DNA of 64,000 nucleotides, from assembly GCA_963803145.1 (NCBI GenBank), contig CAWDLW010000008.1, positions 224,001-288,000 of the forward strand, given 5' to 3'. The stretch comes from Methanotrichaceae archaeon. GTDB lineage: Archaea > Halobacteriota > Methanosarcinia > Methanotrichales > Methanotrichaceae. Positions 19,748 through 29,854 of this stretch are shown in pieces. The notes under the pieces were generated by a model. The model saw only the letters and a list, made by a program, of their open reading frames with translations, searched no databases and was not told the DNA's origin. The stretch's first letter is position 1; every line of letters begins with the position of its first letter. The translations under genes and the position numbers were made by a program.

Positions 19748-21064
19748 TTATGCCTCCTGTGCCACCAGGACCTCCTGCGATGCTAGACTTTCACTGAATG
19801 TCTTTAGGGCAGGCTGGAAAGTCGTCCATAACGTTAACAGCAGAACTAGCGCTCCTGCTGAGACGAACAGAACATTAAGGTTCCATTTGATGACTGCACC
19901 TGAGATCGCCTGAGAAACGGGCATCAACCCATAACTGGAGAAAGCCAAAATGCTCATCATCCGCCCAATCATCTCTTTGGGGGCGCGCGATTGTACCCAT
20001 GAGAAAAGGATGATATAAATATAACCACTTCCGAGCCCAAGCGGGAGCATTAAGATGAAGTCCAGCCAGGTTGACTGAACAAAAGCAAGCGCCGCGAAGA
20101 CCACTCCAAAGGCGACCATTAGGGAGATTAAAATCACTCTCATGGCCTTTCCGCCTGGACGAGGCAGGAAACCGGCCATCAGGAAGCCGACCAGATTTCC
20201 CCCTGCATAAGCGGACATGAGAAGGCCGAAGGCCGTTGCACCCTCTGGAAGACGTTGATTTGCGAGAACTGGGATGCCGACCATGATTGGGCCAATGAGC
20301 GAGAAGTTTAATCCCGCTATGACCAGGATTATTAGCAGCAGGGCTTTGTCAGTCTTTATGTATTTCAACCCGGCCAAAACGGAGGTCCAGATGCTCTCAT
20401 TCTTTGGAGACTCATCGGAAAGCCGGCGCTTATTGCCAATGTGCATCAGCCACAGGCAAGCCGCTGAGGTTGCGAAGCCCACTGCGTCGATGGCATAGGC
20501 AAGAGATATGCCGAAGAGGGAATGTGAATATTGCCCTATCAGAATGCCGGCGACTGTTGGGCCCACGAACTGGGCCACCTGGGCGGTGCTCAGCATGACG
20601 GAGTTGCCTGCTTGCAAGTCATGCTTATTTACCAGCGTCGGCACAATGCTGCTTTCCGCAGGGATTTCGAACCCGGACATCAAGCCGAATCCCAGGCTGA
20701 ATGCAAAGAGCATCCAGATCTGGATAGTGCCTGTGAATACAGCAAATGCCATTAAGCACGTCAAAACAAAGCGGGTGACATCTGCGATGATCATCATGAT
20801 GCGCGGCGAGAAACGGTCTGTGATAGCACCGCCAAAGAGCATAATCATTGCGCGCGGAATGCCCTCCAGCGCCAGGACAAAACCCAACGCCAGTGGATCG
20901 CCGGTCAGTTGCAGTGTCAGCCAGGGGGTGGCGATGAGAGTGAATTGGTCTCCTAAGAGTGACATCGCAGTACCAATGAATAGAAGACGGAAGTCACGGA
21001 GCGACATCATTCGCAGCATCGGGTTTTTGGAAGCTGTTTGTACCACCGGGTTTTCGGGATCCAT
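19748..21064 (-). CDS. MFS transporter (EntS/DHA3-like)
   Basis: About 12 TM segments, GGAITDRFSPR motif A, FRLLFIG..SLLGD, GRMMS. Confidence 0.92.
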   Translation of the reverse strand: MDPENPVVQTASKNPMLRMMSLRDFRLLFIGTAMSLLGDQFTLIATPWLTLQLTGDPLALGFVLALEGIPRAMIMLFGGAITDRFSPRIMMIIADVTRFVLTCLMAFAVFTGTIQIWMLFAFSLGFGLMSGFEIPAESSIVPTLVNKHDLQAGNSVMLSTAQVAQFVGPTVAGILIGQYSHSLFGISLAYAIDAVGFATSAACLWLMHIGNKRRLSDESPKNESIWTSVLAGLKYIKTDKALLLIILVIAGLNFSLIGPIMVGIPVLANQRLPEGATAFGLLMSAYAGGNLVGFLMAGFLPRPGGKAMRVILISLMVAFGVVFAALAFVQSTWLDFILMLPLGLGSGYIYIILFSWVQSRAPKEMIGRMMSILAFSSYGLMPVSQAISGAVIKWNLNVLFVSAGALVLLLTLWTTFQPALKTFSESLASQEVLVAQEA

Positions 21065-21110
21065 TTACACCACCGAGTTTTTGGGAGGCAATGCGTCCAC
21101 CATTTAGCGA

Positions 21111-21968
21111 TCATTCTGGGTAAAGAGGTTGAGTGGTATTATCCTTATCCTGGACCTTCATGGTCTTCGCTCCCCATATCATAGTAATGGCTATCGCTGC
21201 CACAAACGTCAACACCACAAAATAGGTATACGCCCGCTCTGTTATGGAGAACACTTCAGCTGTGACATCGATCATGATATGGAACAATATCGCCGATAAT
21301 GTGCTGCGGCCATTGTTGTTGAAGATCCATGTGAATAGAAATGTTAGGGGAACGACACTAATCATGTACGTCCAGAACGCCAGAGATCCGACCCCCAGAC
21401 TGTACTGGTATGTACCTTTGATAAAGAAGATCGGCAGGTGCCAAAGTGCCCAAAAAAAGCCCAAAATCAGGCTAGAGACCAATGCGCTCCATCTCAATTG
21501 CAGTCGATCCAGAGCGTAGCCACGCCATCCAAACTCTTCGAAGGTAGGTGCGAAGACTGCGATTACAATCAGATAAACTGGATTAGCGGAAAACTGCATT
21601 ATTTGCTTTCCCCACTGCGCCCCGCTTCCGCCCATTAGGAAGTCCAGCAGTGCTCCGAGGCCAAAGAGAACGGCAGGAAGGAGCAAGATGACCAGGTACC
21701 ATCTGAGGCTGATTCTTCTTATGTCAATAATGCGCAGCCAGTAATCGCGTATGCTCTTTCTATCATGCGTAAGATAGGTAAGACTAATAGCTGCTGTCGC
21801 GGGGCCAAGTACGGCAAGAGATAGCAGTACTGATCCGGAAGCGGTCTGCATATTAACCCCCGATAATGCCAATGCTATCTCTATGAGCCAGGTTATGCCA
21901 AAGGCCACTGCAAAATAAATCCATACGCTTGACCATTTTGATCTGGATGATTCTGAATTGGTGTTCAT
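21111..21968 (-). CDS. CPBP family intramembrane metalloprotease (CAAX/Abi)
   Basis: EEFGWRG, WALWHLP and AILFH motifs. Confidence 0.92.
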   Translation of the reverse strand: MNTNSESSRSKWSSVWIYFAVAFGITWLIEIALALSGVNMQTASGSVLLSLAVLGPATAAISLTYLTHDRKSIRDYWLRIIDIRRISLRWYLVILLLPAVLFGLGALLDFLMGGSGAQWGKQIMQFSANPVYLIVIAVFAPTFEEFGWRGYALDRLQLRWSALVSSLILGFFWALWHLPIFFIKGTYQYSLGVGSLAFWTYMISVVPLTFLFTWIFNNNGRSTLSAILFHIMIDVTAEVFSITERAYTYFVVLTFVAAIAITMIWGAKTMKVQDKDNTTQPLYPE

Positions 21969-22723
21969 GTTAGAATCTCCCTCTTGTTTGTTTCAGTGGG
22001 GCCTGAGTTATGGTTACAGATTTTTTGTAGTAAGGGCGCTTCTTGGGCAATGGTGCTTGTGAATATCATTTGAAAAGAAAGGCTAGTAGAGGATGTAACC
22101 AGGGTTACCGCCTCTTTGAAGAATTTGCCGAAGCTATGTTCTGCTCCAGGGTTGCCTGGAATTTATTATCCCCCCCTTACTGACAGAATAAGTACCTCTT
22201 ATAAGCTTTAGGGCTCCTATCTCTCACTATCCAAAGCAAATAGATGTTTTTGTATTAAAAATTGATCCTAGATGACTAATAATACTCTAAATTTTTTAAA
22301 TCGTGTTTGATGATTGTGTTAGTTAAGCACTGGATAGAATCAGCAGTTTTGCGAAGCCAGGACTAGGCTCTTGCAATGTTTTCTCCAACATAGTAAGAAG
22401 TCGACTTGCGAATTCTCAGGAAGACTGGGTACTAGACTAATGCATTTACAAGTCGATTTGAACTATAGTGCTGGCATTAGAACGCCAGCTTCATCATGTA
22501 TTATCATGGCATTCTGATGTCAGAGATAGATGGTCTAAAATTGACCAAAAATCTAATTGATAAGTTCGGGCTAAGCCCATCCGATAAGAGATTGATAGAG
22601 GATTGAGTGCTTACTCATAAGTCGTTATAGAAATCTCGTACCCCACACCATTATACTGACCTGAATAGTGAAATACCTGACTTGAGAATGTGATATTTGA
22701 GATCAAAAAAGCTTTAGGGAGCG

Positions 22724-23260
22724 ATGATGAAGATTCTAGCATTGATCGGCAGCCCGAGGATTGGGGGCAATACTGATGTTCTTATAGGTCAGATCCTCAA
22801 AGGCTCTGAGGATAATGGCCACTTAACCGAGAAGCTCTATCTTTACGATTACGAGATTATGCCCTGCATAGATTGCCGAAGATGTAAGAAAGAAAATGGC
22901 ACATGTGCTCTGAAGGATGATATGCCGAAAATCTATAGAAAGCTTCAGGAGGCAGACATCATAATCTTCGGAACTCCTGTTTACTGGTATGGGCCTTCGG
23001 CTAAAATGAAGCTTTTAATCGATAGGCTGCGGCCTTTTATTGACAGCAAAGGACTGAAAGGCAAAAGGGGAATCGTTGTTGCGCCCTCGGAGGAAGGAAA
23101 AGATTGCTGCGGACCGCTGATGGAGATGTTCCGCATGTCTTTTAGCTATTTGGGCATGGAGCTTTCTGGATGCATACTTGCCAAAGCCTATGAACGCGGA
23201 GAAGTAAAAGGAAATCTCGATGAAGTGACAAGGGCATACGAGACGGGATTATCCTTTTAA
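22724..23260 (+). CDS. Flavodoxin-fold iron-sulfur flavoprotein / NADPH-dependent FMN reductase family
   Basis: GSPRIGGNT, CIDCRRC..C, GTPVYWY, MKLLIDR. Confidence 0.9.
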   Translation: MMKILALIGSPRIGGNTDVLIGQILKGSEDNGHLTEKLYLYDYEIMPCIDCRRCKKENGTCALKDDMPKIYRKLQEADIIIFGTPVYWYGPSAKMKLLIDRLRPFIDSKGLKGKRGIVVAPSEEGKDCCGPLMEMFRMSFSYLGMELSGCILAKAYERGEVKGNLDEVTRAYETGLSF

Positions 23261-23370
23261 TAGCTCCGTCTAAGCGGTCTCATTTTTGTTCGCCATTAAA
23301 GTGATTTTGTCTAATAGGTAGCTAGTGTGGATTGATACTGCATCCATAAGGAATAATTATAGTTAATCTC

Positions 23371-23804
23371 CTAGCTTTTTGCACTAAGAAATCGCTCCAC
23401 CCAGGACTTTGAATATCCATCCTTTTTGGAATAAAATATTTCTAAAGCGCAATCTTGGCTAGCTATAATAGCTTCATCGAAATCAGTGTATTTGGCGATC
23501 TCTCTTTTGAAATCCTTCCAACCGAATTCTATAGGATTCAAATCTGGTGAATAGGGGATATTATAAATTAAGTGAATATCGATTTCCTCAGCTAGTTTTC
23601 TAAATTTCTTGGCCAAATGAATTCTAGCATTATCTAAAAGTATACAAATTGGCCTCATAATATTATTATTTCTTATATTTTGAGCAAATGCCATCAACGC
23701 TTCCTTCTTAGAGGAGTTGGAAACCATAACCTCATCATTGCCATTTAATGCTATAAATCCAAAAATAGTTCTTGATCTAACCTTTCCAGGTTTATAATTT
23801 ATTA
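23371..23804 (-). pseudogene. IS630-A DDE transposase ORF, 3' fragment (5' part at 24888-~24985)
   Basis: LDNARIH, PYSPDLNPIE; split by the IS630-B insertion. Confidence 0.88.
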
Positions 23805-23870
23805 TAGTTAATCCACGTAATTTTTACCTCATAGATACCCTTAAATAATTAATATACGATATAGCCGTTC

Positions 23871-24344
23871 ATGGGCAGGAAACCTGTAATTGTAAGACAT
23901 ATCTCGAAGGTAGAATTAGATCAATTGTATAAAGATGAGAGAAACATAAGAATTAAAGAACGGCTACTAGCGATAATACATTTATACGAAGGAAAGAATG
24001 TATATATAGTAGCTGATATTCTTAAACGAAGTGAAAAGACAATAAAGAATTGGCTAAGCGATTGGAACAAACAAGGATATGATGGATTGATACCACAGAA
24101 TAGAAACGGCAAAGAACCAATGATATCTTTTGATGAATGGGATAAAATTATCGAAGAGATTGAGGACAAAGGAATGACTATAAAAGAGGTAATAAAATAT
24201 GCAAAAGACACAAGAGGCGTAGAATATTCGTATAAAGGTGGTTGGAAGATTTTAAGATCAATAAAGAAAGTCAAATATGGTAAACCATATATTAGAAATA
24301 ATAAGAGGCCTGTTAATGCAGAAAGTTTTCTAAAAAAAGGATAG
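23871..24344 (+). CDS. IS630-B transposase ORFA (HTH)
   Basis: HTH ERLLAIIHLYEG...TIKNWL..WNKQGYDGL; ends at an A7G slippery site. Confidence 0.9.
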   Translation: MGRKPVIVRHISKVELDQLYKDERNIRIKERLLAIIHLYEGKNVYIVADILKRSEKTIKNWLSDWNKQGYDGLIPQNRNGKEPMISFDEWDKIIEEIEDKGMTIKEVIKYAKDTRGVEYSYKGGWKILRSIKKVKYGKPYIRNNKRPVNAESFLKKG

Positions 24345-24400
24345 ATTCAGTAATAACAACAGTCAAAGAACCTATTATTGGATTCCTTGATGAAAGCTCT

Positions 24401-24868
24401 TTGCAACAGCGACCTAATACACGCAGGGTTTTAAACACCCATATGCTAAATTATCAACCTGGAAAAGTTAGGTCTAGAACTGTTTTTGGGTTCATTGCAT
24501 TGAATGGAAATGATGAAGTTATGGTCTCTCACTCATCCAAGAAAGAAGATTTAATGATCTTCGCCCAAAAATTGAGAAGTAACAATATTATGAGACCAAT
24601 ATGTATTGTCCTAGATAATGCTAGAATACATCTAGCTAAGAAGTTTAGGGCATTAGCCCACGAACTTGATATCCATTTAATATATAACGTGCCATATTCC
24701 CCTGATTTAAATCCTATAGAGTTCGGTTGGAAGGATTTTAAAAGAGAGATATCAAAATATACTGATTTTGATGAAGCTATTGAGGATGCCCAAGATTGCG
24801 CTTTACAAATATTTTATTCCAATAAAGATGGATACTCTAAGTCTTGGATAAAGCAGTTTATAAGGTAA
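24401..24868 (+). CDS. IS630-B transposase ORFB (DDE), probably fused to ORFA by -1 frameshift
   Basis: FLDES upstream in frame, LDNARIH, PYSPDLNPIE. Confidence 0.9.
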   Translation: MQQRPNTRRVLNTHMLNYQPGKVRSRTVFGFIALNGNDEVMVSHSSKKEDLMIFAQKLRSNNIMRPICIVLDNARIHLAKKFRALAHELDIHLIYNVPYSPDLNPIEFGWKDFKREISKYTDFDEAIEDAQDCALQIFYSNKDGYSKSWIKQFIR

Positions 24869-24963
24869 AAAGTTGGGAGAATGACTATAAATGAGTGTTT
24901 AAGACTCTACGTGTATTAGGGCGCTGTTGTAAAGAGCTTTCATCAAGAAATCCTATAACAGGA

Positions 24964-25461
24964 TCAGTAACAGTGGTCAGCACTGATTTTATCCTTTTTT
25001 AAAAAACTTTCTGCATCTGCAGGCCTCTTTTCATTTCTGATGTATGGTTTCCCATACTTAACTTTTTTCACTACTCTTAAAATTCGCCAGCCATATTTAT
25101 ATGAAAAATCTATACCTCTTGTATCCCTTACATATTTTAATACGTCTTTTATCGTCATTCCTTTGTCTTCAATTTCTTTAATAACTCTATCCCATTCATC
25201 AAGAGACATCTTTGGCTTTTTGCCATTTCTATTCTTTGGTGTCAATCCATTATAGCCTTGATTATTCCATCTGCTTAACCAATATTTTATTGTCCTCTCG
25301 CCCCTTTTTAAAATATCAGCTACCTCATATACGTTTTTCCCTTCATATAAATGTATTATTGCCAATAACCGTTCCTTAATCCTTAGATCAGTCTCTTTTT
25401 TATATAATTTATCAAGGTCTATCTTTGATATATGCCTAATTATTATAGGTTTTCTACCCAT
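24964..25461 (-). CDS. IS630-A transposase ORFA (HTH)
   Basis: Identical translation to 59708-60205. Confidence 0.9.
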   Translation of the reverse strand: MGRKPIIIRHISKIDLDKLYKKETDLRIKERLLAIIHLYEGKNVYEVADILKRGERTIKYWLSRWNNQGYNGLTPKNRNGKKPKMSLDEWDRVIKEIEDKGMTIKDVLKYVRDTRGIDFSYKYGWRILRVVKKVKYGKPYIRNEKRPADAESFLKKDKISADHCY

Positions 25462-25629
25462 GCCTATGTATTTTCACGCATTAATTATTAAATGTATCTA
25501 TAGGGCAATAAGCTCAATGATTAACTATAATTTCAATCATTCGTCCATAAAGCAGAACCCAATAAAGTTCTCCTATGAAAAACTCATAGATCATAAAGAA
25601 TTAAGAAAAAGAATGAGAAATTAGAGATC

Positions 25630-28482
25630 TTACTCAATATATATCGCCGGCCTCCCCGGCTCCGCCTGCTTGCTCTTCCCCATAGGATCGGCCCCCGGCT
25701 GGTCCGCCGAATATACTTCCACCGGCACACCAAGCACGCCCTGGAGGTAATCCTTCTCCCTGGAAAGCGTCTCGAACTCATCCAGCTTAAGATCCGTAAT
25801 GCTCAGCGAATGTGCAGACTTCGCCAGCTTCTGGGCATACTTCGGAGCATCCTTCTTGTGCTGAGATATCACAGGATCCGACATCGCAGACTTCATGAGC
25901 GCGCTCATGTCCAGCTTGCCGTTGCCATGCAGAGTGATATCGGTGGCCTTTGCAAGCAGCACACGCTTCCACTCGGGCGTTGTATATAGTGTGATCTTCT
26001 TCGGCACGCTCTTGGTCAGGCTCAGGATCTCCTCGATATCCTTCTGCGTCTTCTCCAAAAGCTCCTCCGCCTGCTCTGCCTGCTCGTCGATCAGGTTCTT
26101 GTCCACCGCAGGCCAGGGCGCAAGCGAAACATAGCCCTCTCCAAGCCCGGCTGACCAGATCTCTTCGCAGACGTGCGGCGTAAACGGTGACATCATCCTG
26201 ACCCAGGCATTGAGAACCTTTCGAAGCTGGTTATTGCCTCCACGGCGCTGATACCAGCGCAGATCGTTGTAGAGCAGATAGAAGGCATTCTGCAGCGCAT
26301 GGCGTGTCTGAATATTCTCCATGGCAGCCGTCGCATCCTGGATGTGCCTCTGAAGGCGTGACAGCATCCAGCGGTCGATGAGTGTAAGCTCTGCATTCTC
26401 ATCGATACTGCTATCGTCCAGGATTTCACGAGCAAGGTTGTAGAACCTCTCAAGCTGGCCTCGTGTGGATTCGACGCCCTCGTTCCTCCAATCGACATCC
26501 TGAGTGTATTCGGCGTTCGCAAGGATGTAGAGCCTTGTCACATCTGCGCCGTTATCGGCCACTGCCTGCCTCAGCGTGAGCAATGGCCCTTTGGACTTGG
26601 ACATCTTCTCGCCCTCGAGTGACACGAAGCCGTTGATCGCCATAGCCTTCGGCCAGAGCGATTCAGGGAAGATCGCAACGTGATGGTAGAGGAAGAACAG
26701 CAGGTGGTTTGCTACCAGGTCCTTACCGGATGTTCTGAGGTCTACCGGATACCAGTAGGCGAAGTCATTTCGGATCTGCTTGACTGTATCAAGAGGGATT
26801 CCCGTTATCTTTGCGACTTCCTCAGCCGTTCCGTGGTCTAGGAATATGAACTCGAAGAACTCAGGCGGGAGAGTATCTATCTTCATCCCTGCGTTCACAT
26901 ACTTCGCCAGGATGTAGTAGGCCATGTAAATTGTCGAGTCGCCCAGGGATTCAATAAGCCATTCTTTATCCCATGGCAGATGCGTGCCCAGTCCTTTTCT
27001 GCGGGCGCAGGCCTTGTCCTTCAGCCAGTCCACCTTGTTCTCGAACTCAACACGAATCTCGTCTGGGGTCAGCCTCATCTTTGCAAGGCAATCAAGAACT
27101 CTCTCCTTCCACTCAGGATCAGAGTACTCGAGGAACCACTGGTCTCGAACCATCATAATTACACAGCGTGTCCCGCAGCGGCAGATGACTGGAGTCTCGC
27201 TGAACTCATAAAAGATCTCGGCTATGCCATCCCTCATGAAATCCTTGAGAAGAACATCTTTGATCTTGCTTACCGCCATGCCGGCATACGCTCCTGTGTT
27301 CGCCTTGAGGACGCCGTTATGGAACTCTCGGCGGTAGACAAGCTTCGTTGCCTCCTCTGCTTTTGGATCATGCTGATTCTTTATGCCCAGCTCCTTTACT
27401 GCCTCAATGGCTGGGAACTCACCGTATCCCGGGACCTCAATGAGCGAAACGGGCTCAATTTTGAGCTTCTTGATGCCGTACTTGCTCAGCTCTTCGCCGG
27501 TGAGATCCTGCAATGCGAGATAATCGTAAGGTGCATGGGCAGGAACAGACATGACTATTCCTGAACCGCTGTCCGGATCGACGAAGCCTGCCGGAAGTAC
27601 GGGCACCTCTTTTCCTGTCAGCGGATTTGTGACCGTTTTACCAATCAGCTCTCTTCCTGAGATCTCTGCTCCACAGGCCACCTGCCGGTCGGTAAATGTC
27701 AGCTTATCGTAAGCCTCAGGCGATACGATCCATGTCTCGTCGTTGACGCGTATTATCTTATAGTTGATATCGGGGTTGACCCATAGGTTTGTAACGCCGA
27801 AAACAGTTTCTGGCCTCAGAGTTGCGCAGGGCAGCACATCCTTGCCCATCCTGAACTTTATCAGAGCAAAATCCAGAATGGTCGCATCCTCGCCCTTCAG
27901 GATATCGTGATCCTCAACCGGGTTTCTATCATGAGGGCACCAGCGAACAGGATGGCTTCCCTTTACGATATAGTCAAGTCTTCGAAGTATTCCGTACTGC
28001 CATTCGATGAACTTGCTGTATGCAGGATCGGTTGTTGTGAACTCGCGCCTCCAATCGATAGAATAGCCGATGCTCTGCATCGCGAGCTTAGCCTGCCTGC
28101 GGAAGTATATCACTATCTTCTCAGGCGTATTCAGTGTCTTCAGCTCATCCTCTGGTATTCCATGAAGCTTTATGTAAACGTTCCATATCAATGGATCTCG
28201 GTTGGCGATAAGCTCAGAGAGACCCACGATGGGTGTCCCTGTGGCATGAAATGCCATCGGAAAAAGAACGTTTTCTCCCAGCATCCGCCTGTATCTGGCC
28301 ACAGCATCGCCTATCGTAAATGTCCTTGTGTGGCCTGCATGCAAATTTCCGTTAAGATAAGGATAGGGTATGGTCAGCAAGAACTTTTTGCGTGAATCGG
28401 GCTCCGGCTGGAAGACACGGTTTTCCTCCCATGTCCTCTGCCACTTTGCCTCTATCTCATGAGCTGAATATTCTTTGAGCAA
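25630..28482 (-). CDS. leuS: Leucyl-tRNA synthetase, archaeal type (probable TTG start 28482; ORF extends to 28509)
   Basis: PYPYLNGNLHAGH (HIGH-like), KMSKS, ATLRPET, C-terminal AEPGRPAIYIE. Confidence 0.97.
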   Translation of the reverse strand: MLKEYSAHEIEAKWQRTWEENRVFQPEPDSRKKFLLTIPYPYLNGNLHAGHTRTFTIGDAVARYRRMLGENVLFPMAFHATGTPIVGLSELIANRDPLIWNVYIKLHGIPEDELKTLNTPEKIVIYFRRQAKLAMQSIGYSIDWRREFTTTDPAYSKFIEWQYGILRRLDYIVKGSHPVRWCPHDRNPVEDHDILKGEDATILDFALIKFRMGKDVLPCATLRPETVFGVTNLWVNPDINYKIIRVNDETWIVSPEAYDKLTFTDRQVACGAEISGRELIGKTVTNPLTGKEVPVLPAGFVDPDSGSGIVMSVPAHAPYDYLALQDLTGEELSKYGIKKLKIEPVSLIEVPGYGEFPAIEAVKELGIKNQHDPKAEEATKLVYRREFHNGVLKANTGAYAGMAVSKIKDVLLKDFMRDGIAEIFYEFSETPVICRCGTRCVIMMVRDQWFLEYSDPEWKERVLDCLAKMRLTPDEIRVEFENKVDWLKDKACARRKGLGTHLPWDKEWLIESLGDSTIYMAYYILAKYVNAGMKIDTLPPEFFEFIFLDHGTAEEVAKITGIPLDTVKQIRNDFAYWYPVDLRTSGKDLVANHLLFFLYHHVAIFPESLWPKAMAINGFVSLEGEKMSKSKGPLLTLRQAVADNGADVTRLYILANAEYTQDVDWRNEGVESTRGQLERFYNLAREILDDSSIDENAELTLIDRWMLSRLQRHIQDATAAMENIQTRHALQNAFYLLYNDLRWYQRRGGNNQLRKVLNAWVRMMSPFTPHVCEEIWSAGLGEGYVSLAPWPAVDKNLIDEQAEQAEELLEKTQKDIEEILSLTKSVPKKITLYTTPEWKRVLLAKATDITLHGNGKLDMSALMKSAMSDPVISQHKKDAPKYAQKLAKSAHSLSITDLKLDEFETLSREKDYLQGVLGVPVEVYSADQPGADPMGKSKQAEPGRPAIYIE

Positions 28483-28503
28483 GTTATCCCTCCAAAAGGG
28501 AAT

Positions 28504-28590
28504 TAGCAAATGACTATCAGATACTTAGCAGATACTTTTAGACTCAGCAGATGCTGTTGGACTTAGCAGATACCTTTATTAGCATATGCT
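28504..28590. repeat. Degenerate short repeats (consensus TTAGCAGATAC, ~6 copies) at the dapL/leuS junction
   Basis: ttagcaaatga, tatcagatac, ttagcagatac, tcagcagatgc, ttagcagatac, ttagcatatgc. Confidence 0.65.
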
Positions 28591-29745
28591 TTTGAGCGTC
28601 TTCATCTTCTCGAGCCTTGTGACAGCCGCTTCAATTCTATCAGTCGGCTGGGTAACTGAGAACCTTATGTAGCCTTCACCATACTGGCCGAAGCCCACGC
28701 CGGGGGTGGCTACTATTCCAGTCTCCTCAAGCAGGCGCTGGCAGAATGCTACAGAATCTCCTCCAACCCAAGCCCATAAATATAAAGTCGCCCTCGGCTT
28801 CTGGAGCTTCATGCCTAGATCCACCAGACATTTGTAGAGAACATCGATTCTGTGCTGGTAAACCAGGCGTATTCCTTCAACAATCTCTTTAGGGCTGTTA
28901 AGTGCTGCAATTCCTGCATCCTGAACAGCACCGAAGTTGCCGGAATCTATATTGCTTTTGATCTTGCCGATGCCTGCAACGATTTCGGCATTTCCGACAA
29001 CAGCTCCTGCTCTCCAGCCTGTCATGTTGTAGGTCTTTGATAGGGAATGGAACTCTACAGCCACATCCTTAGCTCCGTCGATCTCAAGGATGCTCATAGA
29101 TTTATTATCATCATAATATACTTCTGAATATGGATTATCGTGCATTACAATCAGATTATGTTCATGTGCAAATTCCACAAGCCTCTTAAAGAACGCCCTA
29201 TCGGCTGATGCAGCTGTCGGGTTGTTTGGATAGTTGAGGAAGATCAGCTTCGCTTTCCTGGCAATAGCAGGATCGATTGCATCCAGGTCCGGCAGGAATC
29301 CATTCTCCCTAAGAAGCGGCATTATGACAGGAATTCCTCCAGCAAACTGAACCGAGGTCCTGTATACAGGATAGGCCGGATCTGGAACCAGGGCTGTATC
29401 GCCCTGATTTATGAACGCCAGAGGCGCATGAGCAATGCCCTCCTTTGAGCCGATCAGAGTGAGCACCTCAGTCTCAGGATCGAGACTTACACCAAAGGTC
29501 TTTTTATACCAGTCTGCCACGGCGGTCCTGAAGGAGAGCTTTCCGGAATAGGATGGGTACTGATGGTTTATAGGGTCCCTGGCAGCCTGGTTTAACGCCT
29601 GGACTATATGAGATGGTGTGGGCATATCAGGATCGCCGACACTGAGATCGATCACATCCACACCTCTTCCTCTTGCCTCCTGTTTTGCCTTATCGATTGC
29701 TGCAAACAGATACGGTGGAAGGTGTTTTATCCGATCGGCATACAT
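28579..29745 (-). CDS. dapL: LL-diaminopimelate aminotransferase (class I PLP aminotransferase)
   Basis: LPPYLFA, IGSKEGIAH, LNYPNNPT, EFHSLSKTYNMTGWR, TPGVGFG..GEGYIR. Confidence 0.88.
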   Translation of the reverse strand: MYADRIKHLPPYLFAAIDKAKQEARGRGVDVIDLSVGDPDMPTPSHIVQALNQAARDPINHQYPSYSGKLSFRTAVADWYKKTFGVSLDPETEVLTLIGSKEGIAHAPLAFINQGDTALVPDPAYPVYRTSVQFAGGIPVIMPLLRENGFLPDLDAIDPAIARKAKLIFLNYPNNPTAASADRAFFKRLVEFAHEHNLIVMHDNPYSEVYYDDNKSMSILEIDGAKDVAVEFHSLSKTYNMTGWRAGAVVGNAEIVAGIGKIKSNIDSGNFGAVQDAGIAALNSPKEIVEGIRLVYQHRIDVLYKCLVDLGMKLQKPRATLYLWAWVGGDSVAFCQRLLEETGIVATPGVGFGQYGEGYIRFSVTQPTDRIEAAVTRLEKMKTLKSIC

Positions 29746-29854
29746 TTACATTCTCTCCATGGAAGACGCATATATACGATGGCACTCCATTTAAATACAG
29801 TTCAGCACTTCCGCAGTTTAGTATTGTCATGTAGTATTTAAGATTAGAGGAGCA

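Larger units (their letters stand above)
23805..24887 (+). mobile_element. IS630-family element type B, copy 1 (1083 bp)
   Basis: Imperfect terminal IRs TAGTTAATCC / GAGAATGACTA, TA duplication; removing it restores the IS630-A sequence. Confidence 0.95.
23360..25527 (-). mobile_element. IS630-family element type A, copy 1 (1083 bp net), interrupted by a nested type B IS630
   Basis: Ends TAGTTAATC.../...GATTAACTA with TA on both flanks; same sequence as the intact copy at 59642-60724. Confidence 0.93.
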
